Of a stretch of 64,000 nt of DNA, positions 1 through 8,897 are shown in pieces. Position 1 is the first letter of the stretch; every line of letters starts with the position of its first letter. Source of the DNA: Spirochaetia bacterium (lineage in GTDB: Bacteria; Spirochaetota; Spirochaetia; DSM-2461); assembly GCA_963668315.1 (NCBI GenBank), contig OY764216.1:288001-352000 (forward strand). Direction: 5' to 3'. The translations under genes were made by a program, and so were the position numbers. Below the pieces are notes generated by a model that saw only the letters and a program-made list of their open reading frames with translations, ran no database searches and was not told the origin of the DNA.

Positions 1-670
1 AGGCGAACACGCCCTCCGTATTCAGCCTGGCCCTTTCCACCTGGAACATGGTGCCGATTCCCCTGTCCGGCTGGCTCAGGACTTCGGCTGAGATCATGAC
101 TTTCATGGAGAGTCCCAGGGCAGAGACCACCCCGGTCAGCAGGGACGGCCTCAGGGAGGGCAGATAAAAGTGGAACAGACGCCTGAGGGGAGGGATACGA
201 AACAGATGGTTCATCTCCATAAACTGCCGGTCCAGGGACTCCACCCCGCCCAGCACGGCCTGGTAGAGAATGGGAAAAACAATAAGGGAACTGACAAAGA
301 CCGCCGCCGCTTCCGAAGAGAACCAGATCAGCGACAGAAGGATAACCCCCATGGTGGGTACGGACCGCAGAACGGTGACCAGGGGAGACAGAAAGAGCTT
401 GAAAGGCTCGAAAAAACCGGCCCCCATTCCCAGTACCCCGGCGGCCAGCAGATTAATGCAGAAGGCAGTCAGGGTACGCTGAAGAGTTCTGAGAATCGCC
501 AGCCAGACTTCCCTGTCCTGAAGCAGTACGAATACATACTTGACCGTGGCATCGGGAGAAGGAAGGATAATAGGTTTGGCGATGACAGCGGAAGCGATCT
601 TCCAGATAATGAGGATCAGCAGGGCCGATCCCCACAGGAACCACCTCCTATTCGAGGTAGAAATCGTCAC
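1..670 (-). CDS. NitT/TauT-family ABC transporter permease (partial, runs off window start)
   Basis: Not in the ORF track. Read manually from GTG at 670: [15 protein letters not shown]...IILPSP...YLPSLRPSLLTG...MISAEVLS...GIG, which are typical SsuC/TauC motifs. Overlaps the end of the SBP gene. Confidence 0.85.
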   Translation of the reverse strand, partial: MTISTSNRRWFLWGSALLILIIWKIASAVIAKPIILPSPDATVKYVFVLLQDREVWLAILRTLQRTLTAFCINLLAAGVLGMGAGFFEPFKLFLSPLVTVLRSVPTMGVILLSLIWFSSEAAAVFVSSLIVFPILYQAVLGGVESLDRQFMEMNHLFRIPPLRRLFHFYLPSLRPSLLTGVVSALGLSMKVMISAEVLSQPDRGIGTMFQVERARLNTEGVFA

Positions 671-1649
671 CGGGCAGAGCCCCTCCGATCGTATTGGGAT
701 TAAAATCCAGAAGAACGTTATAGTAATCTTCCAGATCTTTCCGTGCTTCGGCGGCAGGGGTGAAGATCATATTGCAGCCGGGTATGGACTTTGCCAGGAT
801 GGGCGCGGGCAGTTCGGCCATGAGAGTGGCTCCCAGGGCGCCCGCCTCGACGGGATTCTCCCCCATCCAGGCGACGGAACGGGCGAACTCGTCAATAAAG
901 GCCTGAACGTATTCGCCGTGATCCCGGGCCAGAGCACCGGAGACGACCAGAGTCACCTGGGGATAGCCCGTTTCCGTTCCGTATAGCTCGGACCAGGCGG
1001 CCTGAAGGTCGATCATGACATGGGTATCGGGCTTTTTGGTTTTTACCACGGACAGCATGGGTTCGGGCATGATGGAGAACCGGCTTTTGCCGGTCAGAAA
1101 AGCGGGGGCCAGTTCGGAAGAGGCTCCGACGTAGTGAAGGGACATATCCTTGTCGGGATCAAGGCCGTTTTGGGCCATCAGATGGCGCAGAACGATATCG
1201 GGAGTAAGACCGCGGCCCAGCATGTAGACCTCCTGGCCTTTCATATCCTCCCAGCCGGCTTCGGGATCGGTCGATACCAGGAAAAGATTTCCCCAGACGA
1301 CCACTCCGGCCACTTTGAGATCGATGCCCTTACTGTAAAGGACAGAGGCAAGATTGGAGGGAATAACGGCGATATCCGCCTCCCCTTTGATCATTTTGGA
1401 AGCCACCAGATCGGCGGCGTTGACAACTTCTATTTCATGGGTGTAGCCGGGCAGCAGCTCCTTCTCGGAAGCGGCGAAGCCGGACATAGCCAGGGCGGGT
1501 GTGCCGGAAGGGGCCATCACGCGGATAGTCACGGGCTCCGCGGCGGGTTCGGGCTGAACGGCGGGGACGGTTTTGTCGTCGGTCTTGCCCGAAGCGAACA
1601 ATCCCCCAACGGACATCAGAACAATCAGAATCAGAAAATACCTTTTCAT
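648..1649 (-). CDS. NitT/TauT-family ABC substrate-binding protein
   Basis: Signal peptide ending LFASG, GxTPD and PEP motifs, SD AAGGAG, directly upstream of the permease. Confidence 0.85.
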   Translation of the reverse strand: MKRYFLILIVLMSVGGLFASGKTDDKTVPAVQPEPAAEPVTIRVMAPSGTPALAMSGFAASEKELLPGYTHEIEVVNAADLVASKMIKGEADIAVIPSNLASVLYSKGIDLKVAGVVVWGNLFLVSTDPEAGWEDMKGQEVYMLGRGLTPDIVLRHLMAQNGLDPDKDMSLHYVGASSELAPAFLTGKSRFSIMPEPMLSVVKTKKPDTHVMIDLQAAWSELYGTETGYPQVTLVVSGALARDHGEYVQAFIDEFARSVAWMGENPVEAGALGATLMAELPAPILAKSIPGCNMIFTPAAEARKDLEDYYNVLLDFNPNTIGGALPGDDFYLE

Positions 1650-1862
1650 CGAACGATACTCCTTAGTATGGATTATAGGTGTTCCTTGAATCTAACAGCG
1701 GCAGGGGGAAAAGTAAAGGCGGGAAATGGGATTATAGGATATTTTTTTATTCATATATTTCCCGGAGCCCCGGTATTATTATGTAAAAATATAAAACTAA
1801 TTCCCTTTACCTTTCCTAAGTTAATGATTATTTTGAATTCATATTCATTGAAGGAGATGTAT

Positions 1863-2750
1863 ATGAACCATAAACAGCTTGAACGAATGGAAAGGGGAAA
1901 AGGTTTTATCGCGGCTCTGGATCAGAGCGGCGGAAGCACTCCCAAAGCCCTGTCGTCTTACGGCATTACTCCTGAATCATACGCTTCTGAAGAGGAGATG
2001 TTCAGTCTGGTACACCAGATGCGCACCCGAATCATCAAAAGCCCGGCCTTCGGCAAAGAGAGGATTCTCGGCGCTATTTTATTTGAAAGAACCATGGATA
2101 ACGATATAGAGAACAAATACACCGCCGATTTCCTCTGGGAGGAAAAGGGAGTGGTTCCCTTCCTCAAAATAGACAAGGGACTGGCCGGAGAAAAGGACGG
2201 GGTACAGCTGATGAAGCCAATCCCGGGCCTGGACGATCTGCTCTCCAGAGCCCTGGAGCGGAACATATTCGGAACAAAGATGCGTTCGGTGATCAAGGAA
2301 TACAACGAGGAGGGCATAGGAAAAATAGTGGATCAGCAATTCGAATTAGCCGGGCGGATAGCCTCCCGGGGCCTGGTACCGATTATTGAACCGGAAGTCG
2401 ACATCCACTGCCCCGACAAGGAAAAGGCAGAAACCTTTCTTCTGGGAAAACTGCTCGAAGGGCTTGGGAAAATGGACAGCGGCGCCAAGGTTATCTTCAA
2501 ACTGACGATTCCCTCCGAGGCCGATCTCTACCTGCCCCTGATGGACGCCAAAAAGGTCGTCCGCGTTGTCGCTCTCTCCGGCGGATACTCCCGGGAAGAG
2601 GCCAATGAGAAACTGGCCGGAAACCACAAACTCATAGCCAGTTTTTCCCGGGCCTTGTCGGAAGGGCTGAGCGCCGGGCAGACCGAGGATGAATTCGATT
2701 CGATGCTCGACGGCACCATTGAATCGATCTACCAGGCTTCTATCACCTGA
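1863..2750 (+). CDS. fda: Fructose-bisphosphate aldolase class I
   Basis: [62 protein letters not shown] at 1851; the longer ORF from 1020 is spurious upstream. Confidence 0.95.
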   Translation: MNHKQLERMERGKGFIAALDQSGGSTPKALSSYGITPESYASEEEMFSLVHQMRTRIIKSPAFGKERILGAILFERTMDNDIENKYTADFLWEEKGVVPFLKIDKGLAGEKDGVQLMKPIPGLDDLLSRALERNIFGTKMRSVIKEYNEEGIGKIVDQQFELAGRIASRGLVPIIEPEVDIHCPDKEKAETFLLGKLLEGLGKMDSGAKVIFKLTIPSEADLYLPLMDAKKVVRVVALSGGYSREEANEKLAGNHKLIASFSRALSEGLSAGQTEDEFDSMLDGTIESIYQASIT

Positions 2751-2761
2751 GTTTTGAATCC

Positions 2762-2791
2762 ATATCCCCGGCGCTGTCGAACCGGGGGTAT
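2762..2791. terminator. Hairpin between convergent fda and mntH
   Basis: ATATCCCCGG-N10-CCGGGGGTAT; no long U tract. Confidence 0.5.
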
Positions 2792-4053
2792 TATTTGAGA
2801 AAGCTGATGAACAGCATGATGTTCAATACGGTAATGACAAGGGCGATAGCCCACAGAAGGATGTTATCAAGAAGTGAGTTTTTAAACCTTCCCATCACCT
2901 TTTCTGAAGAGGTCAGATAAAGCTGGACAAAAACAGTGACGGGAAGCTGAATGCTCAAAAACATCTGGGAATATATCAGACCGTCGAAGGGGTCGCCGAT
3001 AAAAAAGATAAGCACCGTGGCCAGCCCCAGAATCCCGGCGACTCCCGCCTTGGTATGAAAATCCCTTATGTCGTAGGGTTCTTTGAAAATCCCGGCGAAG
3101 ATACTGCCCCCGGCCATGCCCGCCGTTGTTGTCGATGAGATCCCCGAAAAAAGCAGGGCAATGCCGAAAACGACGGCCGATCCGCCTCCGAGCAAAGGGG
3201 TAAGAAGATGCTGGGCCTGCTCCAGCTCGGTCACCTGTATGCTGTTTTTGAAGAACGCGGAGGCGGCGAGAATGATCATGGCGCTGTTGATGGCCCAGCC
3301 GATGAGCATGGAGACCAGGGTATCGGTGAATTCGAACTTCAACTGTTTTTTGATGATTCTGTCGTCTTCCTTGTTCCATTCCCGGCTCTGAATGATCTCA
3401 GAGTGGAGAAACAGGTTATGGGGCATGACCACCGCCCCCAGAACAGACATGACGATGGGAAGAGATCCCTCGGGAAGGCTTACGGTGAACCATCCGCGGA
3501 CGGCCTGATGCCAGTCCACCTCGACGATGGTAAGTTCATAGAGGAAAGCGAAACCGATAATCGAGACGAAGCCTATGATCAGTTTTTCCAGTTTTCCGTA
3601 GGAGTTGGAAAAGAGCATCCAAAGCACCAGCGCCAGCACGAGTACGGCGCCTAGCTTCATGGGTATCCGGAAAAGCATATTAAGCGCTATGGCCCCTCCC
3701 AGGATCTCGGCCAGAGCGGTCGAGACGGCGGCGAGGACGGCGGTTCCCAGTATGACTTTTCCGACCCGGGGGCCGAGATGCCTGCTGGCCGCTTCGGAGA
3801 GGCAGTCCCCCGTGACGATACCCAGATGGGCGACGTTATGCTGGAGGATGATAAGCATGATCGTCGAAAGAGTGACCATCCACAACAGGGTATAGCCGTA
3901 ATCCGACCCGGCCGCCATATTGGAAGCCCAGTTTCCCGGATCGATGAATCCCACGGTGACGAGAAGCCCCGGCCCGATATATTTGAGGATATCCCTGGCC
4001 CCTTTTATCGGGTTATGGAATTTCGTGCTGAACTTTTCCTGTATGAGTCCCAT
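2791..4053 (-). CDS. mntH: Nramp-family Mn2+/Fe2+ transporter
   Basis: GFIDPGNW and GAVVMPHNLFLHS Nramp signatures; about 11 TM helices. Confidence 0.93.
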   Translation of the reverse strand: MGLIQEKFSTKFHNPIKGARDILKYIGPGLLVTVGFIDPGNWASNMAAGSDYGYTLLWMVTLSTIMLIILQHNVAHLGIVTGDCLSEAASRHLGPRVGKVILGTAVLAAVSTALAEILGGAIALNMLFRIPMKLGAVLVLALVLWMLFSNSYGKLEKLIIGFVSIIGFAFLYELTIVEVDWHQAVRGWFTVSLPEGSLPIVMSVLGAVVMPHNLFLHSEIIQSREWNKEDDRIIKKQLKFEFTDTLVSMLIGWAINSAMIILAASAFFKNSIQVTELEQAQHLLTPLLGGGSAVVFGIALLFSGISSTTTAGMAGGSIFAGIFKEPYDIRDFHTKAGVAGILGLATVLIFFIGDPFDGLIYSQMFLSIQLPVTVFVQLYLTSSEKVMGRFKNSLLDNILLWAIALVITVLNIMLFISFLK

Positions 4054-4173
4054 AGTATGCCACTCCCCCTATCGGTAAGAAAACAATTGTAAATTAGACA
4101 AGAGCTATAGTTCCTTAAATCTCCCTTTTCGTCAAGTTCTCTGAAGAGAGGAGAACCGGTGCCTTCCCTATTT

Positions 4174-4794
4174 CTATCCTCCCAGCTTCTCTGCGGAAAC
4201 GGCCCGGACCACCCGGATGCCCCCTCCGATAGCCGTTGATTCCGCAACGGGAAGCAGGCCCGCCTCAAGCATCAGACCGTCCAGTCCCCCCCGCTTCTGG
4301 TAACTCAGAAATCCCCGGTAGTGATCTCCCCCGGCCAAAAATTCCGCAAAATGGAGGATATGACCTTTCAGATTGGGGGGAAGGGGCGAGGCGTAGTCCA
4401 CGAGAAGAAGCTCCCCGGCGCACCGCTTCATCTCCGCCAGTACGGGCAACCGGCTTTCGGGAGGCATTTCATGCAGGGCGAGGCTTATCATGGCCATATC
4501 AAAGGAGTTATCTTCCAGATGGGGCAGCCGGGAACCGTCGCCGTTTTGAAAGTCCATATGACGGCGGGCCTTCATTCGGGACAGGCGTCCCTTGCTGCCC
4601 CGAATCATTTCATCGCTTTTATCCACGCCCAGATAGGATGATACCCTGGGCGCCAGCCGGAATCCCATATCGCCCGTACCGGAAGCGATTTCCAGAAGGG
4701 AAAATCCTTCGGGAACCGCATGAAAGACCCGTGAGCGCAGGGAGACCAGCAGAGGATCCAGAATATGCCGGTAAAAAGAATAACCTATGCCCAT
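4174..4794 (-). CDS. Class I SAM-dependent methyltransferase
   Basis: LLEIASGTG motif I, DG..LP, FDMAMISLALHE; SD AGGAG before ATG 4794. Confidence 0.85.
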   Translation of the reverse strand: MGIGYSFYRHILDPLLVSLRSRVFHAVPEGFSLLEIASGTGDMGFRLAPRVSSYLGVDKSDEMIRGSKGRLSRMKARRHMDFQNGDGSRLPHLEDNSFDMAMISLALHEMPPESRLPVLAEMKRCAGELLLVDYASPLPPNLKGHILHFAEFLAGGDHYRGFLSYQKRGGLDGLMLEAGLLPVAESTAIGGGIRVVRAVSAEKLGG

Positions 4795-4871
4795 ATGCGA
4801 CACTCCTATATATCAATAAACATATTAAAAAGGTAAGCAAGATTCGGGAAATTGTCAAAAGAATATAAAGA

Positions 4872-4913
4872 TTAATCTATGTTAATGATTTTACTCTCCC
4901 CATGTATTAAGTT
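4872..4913 (+). promoter_or_regulatory. Crp/Fnr-type site TTAAT-N4-GTTAA with -10 TAAGTT (class II geometry)
   Basis: Palindrome at 4872-4885 centred about 41.5 nt upstream of a predicted TSS near 4920; a Crp/Fnr gene is in the same operon. Confidence 0.6.
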
Positions 4914-4931
4914 CCCCTCCAGGAGTTTACA

Positions 4932-6089
4932 ATGTCAAAGAAAACCATAACCCATGCCGAAAATCTCCCCCGAAGGGAGTTCTACCTTGATTGGATAAGA
5001 AACGGAGTGGTCCTTATTCTCATTCCCTTTCATACGGCCGTCAGCTTTTCCCATATAGGGAAAGGATATGTCTATACCCCCCGGCCGGCGGATTCCTGGT
5101 TCTACATCTTCATTTCCGATTTTTTCAATCTGTGGATAATGAGGCTTCTGTTCTTCGTTTCGGGGATCTCGGCCTCCTTCTCCCTGAAGAAGCGGACAAA
5201 CAGGGACTTTATCCTCGACAGATTTAAAAGACTGATCCTACCGGTACTCTTTCTGATCTTCACGCTGGGCCCTGTCTCCGGGTATATTCTGGCCGTTAGC
5301 CGGGATGCTTTTTCCCGCTCCTTCCTGAGTTTCTACCCCCTTTTCTTTACTCAGCCGAAGAAATATCTGTTCTGGGGGCATATGTGGTACTGCGTCTATC
5401 TCTTCATTTTTTCCCTGATATACCTTCCCCTGCTCTCTTTTCTGAAAAAAAGACCGGCTGTCACAGACGGGATAGGCCGCTTCCTGACAAAGGGAAACCG
5501 TATATTCCTGCCCATGGCCATTATCATTCTTCTCGAAGTAATCCTGCGCCCGTTCTACCCGGGATACCAGTCCTTTGCGGGAGACTGGGCCAATGTGGCC
5601 GTGTACTCCGCCTTCTTTCTCCTGGGTTTTATCATGGCGCTCAATCCGGGGGTCTTAGAGCGGATCCCGGATAAAAGAGTGCCCTTCCTGACGGCGGCGG
5701 TAAGCGCCTCCCTTCTCTATCTCTATTGTAAAAGATTCCTTTTCACCGATGAATCATACGGGCACCTGGCAGTACTGAGCGCCCTCTGGGGAACGGCGGC
5801 CTATGGCTGGGTATTCTCCCTCGCGGGCATACTTAAAGAGCGGGCGAACCGAAACAGCGTCCTTCTGGCTTATCTCTCAAAGACGTCATTCTCTCTGTAT
5901 CTCTTTCATTACCTGATTCTTTCTCTGCTCAATTATTTTCTTCTTAAGACGTTCCTGCCCTATTTTGCCGTCTGGTTTCTCACGACTGTGGGAACCTATC
6001 TTATCTTTGCCATTCTTTTTGAGTTTCTCCTTAAAAAGAGCCGAATCATTGCCTATATATGTGGGATACCCTATAAAACCCGTGTATAA
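4932..6089 (+). CDS. Acyltransferase family 3 (OpgC/MdoC-like) membrane protein
   Basis: RREFYLDWIR...H, MRLLFFVSG, DRFKRLILP, HMWY, SFSLYLFH. Confidence 0.88.
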   Translation: MSKKTITHAENLPRREFYLDWIRNGVVLILIPFHTAVSFSHIGKGYVYTPRPADSWFYIFISDFFNLWIMRLLFFVSGISASFSLKKRTNRDFILDRFKRLILPVLFLIFTLGPVSGYILAVSRDAFSRSFLSFYPLFFTQPKKYLFWGHMWYCVYLFIFSLIYLPLLSFLKKRPAVTDGIGRFLTKGNRIFLPMAIIILLEVILRPFYPGYQSFAGDWANVAVYSAFFLLGFIMALNPGVLERIPDKRVPFLTAAVSASLLYLYCKRFLFTDESYGHLAVLSALWGTAAYGWVFSLAGILKERANRNSVLLAYLSKTSFSLYLFHYLILSLLNYFLLKTFLPYFAVWFLTTVGTYLIFAILFEFLLKKSRIIAYICGIPYKTRV

Positions 6090-6095
6090 TACCCC

Positions 6096-6701
6096 ATGCG
6101 TCTGATCGGGTATGAGGATTTAGAAACAAACTGGCTAAATGAGCTCGGGGAAAATTTCCCCCATATGAATATTCCCGCCGGGGAGCAGCTTAAGTTTAAA
6201 AAACTGCTTTCGGGCCTCTCTCTGGAAAGGGGGGAGCATCTGATAAACGAGGGCGATATTCCCCGGAGAATAGCCTTCGTCGTTTCCGGAATATTCCGGG
6301 CCTACTACCTGACCGAGTCGGGGGTCGAGAAAACCATTGTCTTCAGGGAGAAAGGCAGAGCCCTATCGGCCTATTCGTCCTATCTGACAGGCGATTCCGC
6401 CAAGTTTTCCATACAGGCACTGGAAAAAAGCCTGGTCCTTTTTATTACCATAAAGGATTTCGAAATGCTCCGCTCGGGCGATTCCTCCTGGGAACGCATC
6501 AGGGGAGAATATTTTACCAATCTCTTCATCGAAAAAGAGAGCCGGGAGCGGGAACTCATGAGCGATGATGCGGAAACCCGGTATAATCAATTCCTCCGGG
6601 ATTATCCGGGGCTGATTGACAGGATCAACCACTACCATATCGCTTCCTATCTGGGAATCAGCAATGTAACCCTGAGCAGGATTCGCCACGGGAAAGGATA
6701 A
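6096..6701 (+). CDS. Crp/Fnr family transcriptional regulator
   Basis: cNMP-binding domain plus HTH IASYLGISNVTLSRIR. Confidence 0.9.
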   Translation: MRLIGYEDLETNWLNELGENFPHMNIPAGEQLKFKKLLSGLSLERGEHLINEGDIPRRIAFVVSGIFRAYYLTESGVEKTIVFREKGRALSAYSSYLTGDSAKFSIQALEKSLVLFITIKDFEMLRSGDSSWERIRGEYFTNLFIEKESRERELMSDDAETRYNQFLRDYPGLIDRINHYHIASYLGISNVTLSRIRHGKG

Positions 6702-6705
6702 AATC

Positions 6706-7821
6706 ATGGCAGATCAGATAATGACATCGAAAAAGGGATCCTTCGCCCGTTTCACCATCACCGACAGGGTTCCCGCCATTTTGGATGACCTCATAGCCCA
6801 TAACCGCTTTTCCCCCGAAACGGAAAAGAGGCTCATGGAACTGAGAGCGTCCCTCCCTTCGGGCGAACTGGCCCCTTTGTCTTCCGCCTATCCTTTCTCA
6901 CGGGATATCAATCAAGTCCTGGCGGAAAATTCCTCCTACGGCTGGCTTAACGGCCCGTTCCTCTTTCTGGAAAACTATCTCTACCATAGAATCTCCGATA
7001 TCTGCGGTTTCTACTCCAACGGTTTTGATTATTTCCTTTACAGGAAGGAAAGCGAATCCCGGAAGGGGCTGAATAAGTTTGCAGACTCTCTGAAAAGGCT
7101 GGAGAAGATCGGGACCTTTTCCGAAATATGCCTCATGAACCTGGCGGGAAACAAGGCCGATCTGAGCCAGAACTCCTCCTATTACTCTTCCGACGCCGAT
7201 TTCGATCTGCTGATTGATCATAGGAGCAGAGCCGCCGCGAAGCTGGAAAACTGTTCCTCCGTGGATATCCTTTTGGATAACGGGGGAGAAGAGCTGTTCT
7301 TTGATCTGCTTCTTACGCACTGGCTTCTTAAGCACAAAAAAGCAGGCCGAGTGAAACTCCATTTTAAACGGATGCCCTATTTCGTATCCGATGCCCTGAT
7401 TTCCGACTACCGCTTTCTTCTTCGGATTTTATCGGAGAAAAAGGAGACGGCCCGGTTCGCAGAGGACCTGAACCGCTATGAGAGCGGGGGGATGCTCGCG
7501 CTGGGGGACGATCCTTTCCTCGTCAGCGGAAAACCCTTCTCCCGGCTGGAAGGAGAACTGGCGGCGGAACTCTCCCGGTCGGATCTCATCATTTTCAAGG
7601 GAGATTTGAATTACAGAAGACTGGTCGGAGATAATGATTGGCCCCACGAGACGCGAACCTCTTCCCTGGTAAACTACTTCAATACGGACATTCTGATAAG
7701 CCGCATATTGAAATCGGAAGTAATGACGGGCCTCGATCCCGGGATGATTCCCTTAGGGAATAATACCGACTGGATGTTCAACGGGAAATACGGACAGATT
7801 GAATTTGTCGAGAGCATATAG
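6706..7821 (+). CDS. Damage-control phosphatase, ARMT1/DUF89 family
   Basis: FLENYLY, GNKADLS, DNGGEELFFD, PYFVSD, FKGDLNYRRL motifs. Confidence 0.88.
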   Translation: MADQIMTSKKGSFARFTITDRVPAILDDLIAHNRFSPETEKRLMELRASLPSGELAPLSSAYPFSRDINQVLAENSSYGWLNGPFLFLENYLYHRISDICGFYSNGFDYFLYRKESESRKGLNKFADSLKRLEKIGTFSEICLMNLAGNKADLSQNSSYYSSDADFDLLIDHRSRAAAKLENCSSVDILLDNGGEELFFDLLLTHWLLKHKKAGRVKLHFKRMPYFVSDALISDYRFLLRILSEKKETARFAEDLNRYESGGMLALGDDPFLVSGKPFSRLEGELAAELSRSDLIIFKGDLNYRRLVGDNDWPHETRTSSLVNYFNTDILISRILKSEVMTGLDPGMIPLGNNTDWMFNGKYGQIEFVESI

Positions 7822-7854
7822 CCTAAAACTTTCAAACCGGGGTATAATCCCTCC

Positions 7855-8550
7855 ATGGATTGGAAAATGTTTTTTAGTACTTTTGCCCTTATCTTCCTGG
7901 CCGAACTGGGAGATAAAACCCAGCTCACCGCTCTGGCCCGCAGTGCCGCAGGGGGAAAATGGGTCGTTTTCTTCGCCGCCTCCCTGGCTTTGGTCTGTTC
8001 CACCCTGGTAGCGGTGCTTTTCGGCTCGGTGATAAGAAAATATATTCCGGAGAATTATATCAAGATTACCGCGGGCAGTCTCTTTCTTATCTTCGGAGCC
8101 ATAACACTTGTCTCCGCTTTCCGCGGCGGGGAAGAAGCCCCCGCTCCCGTAGTGGAAGGTCATCCCGCTCCCTGGGTATTCCGCCTTGCCGCCGGTTTTG
8201 AAGAGGCCGCTGTGAAGGATTATGAAGAACTGGCGAAAAAAACGGACGGGAGGTTAAGGGAACTCTTCCTGACTCTCGCCGAAGAAGAAAAGGAACATCT
8301 GGCGAGACTCCGCTCCGGCTTAACCGGCAATGACGCTCCCGCCGAAACATCCCGTTTCAGTAAACTGTTCCACGATGCGGCGGAAGAGGACCGGCCCCTT
8401 GTGCAGCATGCCATAGAACACGAAAAGGCCACGGCCGATTTCTATGACGAACTGGCCAGGCAGATCAATCTGCCCCGCATGAAAACCTTTTTTTCCCAGC
8501 TAGCCCGGGAAGAACACTCCCATGCGGACAGACTGGAAAAACTGACGTAA
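7855..8550 (+). CDS. UPF0016/TMEM165/GDT1 half-transporter fused to a ferritin-like (rubrerythrin) domain
   Basis: AELGDKTQ motif with 3 TM helices, then an E...EEKEH...E...EEHSH di-metal ligand pattern. Confidence 0.85.
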   Translation: MDWKMFFSTFALIFLAELGDKTQLTALARSAAGGKWVVFFAASLALVCSTLVAVLFGSVIRKYIPENYIKITAGSLFLIFGAITLVSAFRGGEEAPAPVVEGHPAPWVFRLAAGFEEAAVKDYEELAKKTDGRLRELFLTLAEEEKEHLARLRSGLTGNDAPAETSRFSKLFHDAAEEDRPLVQHAIEHEKATADFYDELARQINLPRMKTFFSQLAREEHSHADRLEKLT

Positions 8551-8555
8551 CCGCC

Positions 8556-8786
8556 TCAGCGGACTTTCCGTTCAAGATCCAGAACAATGGTTTCCAGGTT
8601 TTCGATGCGGCGGCGCAGTTCATCGATCTCGCTTCGGTGGGCCGCCTCCCGTTCCTTCTCTCTCCCGTTATCGGCATAACGTATCTTGGCGATGGATTTT
8701 ATCGTTGAAGAGATGACGGGAAGGCCCACGACTATGGCAACGACGACGATAGGCACGCTGTAAGGACTGGCAAAAAAACCGGACAT
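8556..8786 (-). CDS. Small single-TM protein with C-terminal coiled coil (PspB-like)
   Basis: 76 aa; SD AAGGAG; TM segment then ELRRRIENLETIV. Confidence 0.7.
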   Translation of the reverse strand: MSGFFASPYSVPIVVVAIVVGLPVISSTIKSIAKIRYADNGREKEREAAHRSEIDELRRRIENLETIVLDLERKVR

Positions 8787-8843
8787 CAATAACTCTCCTT
8801 TGGTTGCACAGGCGGGCAGGCAGCCCATGCTGCCGACCGACCC

Positions 8844-8874
8844 TTACTGTTATCACCAGCTATGATAACAGTAA
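8844..8874. promoter_or_regulatory. Perfect 12-bp inverted repeat, probable operator
   Basis: TTACTGTTATCA-N7-TGATAACAGTAA; the minus strand contains an extended -10-like TGTTATCAT. Confidence 0.6.
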
Positions 8875-8897
8875 ACAAATCAAAAGAGAATCACCTT

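Noticed and set aside
1020..1862. N-terminal extension of the 576-aa ORF ahead of aldolase
   Set aside because: It is the antisense shadow of the SBP gene plus intergenic DNA; a good SD marks the real start at 1863
4081..4115. Possible MntR/TroR box or yybP-ykoY riboswitch upstream of mntH
   Set aside because: Only a weak TAG..CTA symmetry, and the leader is too short for the riboswitch
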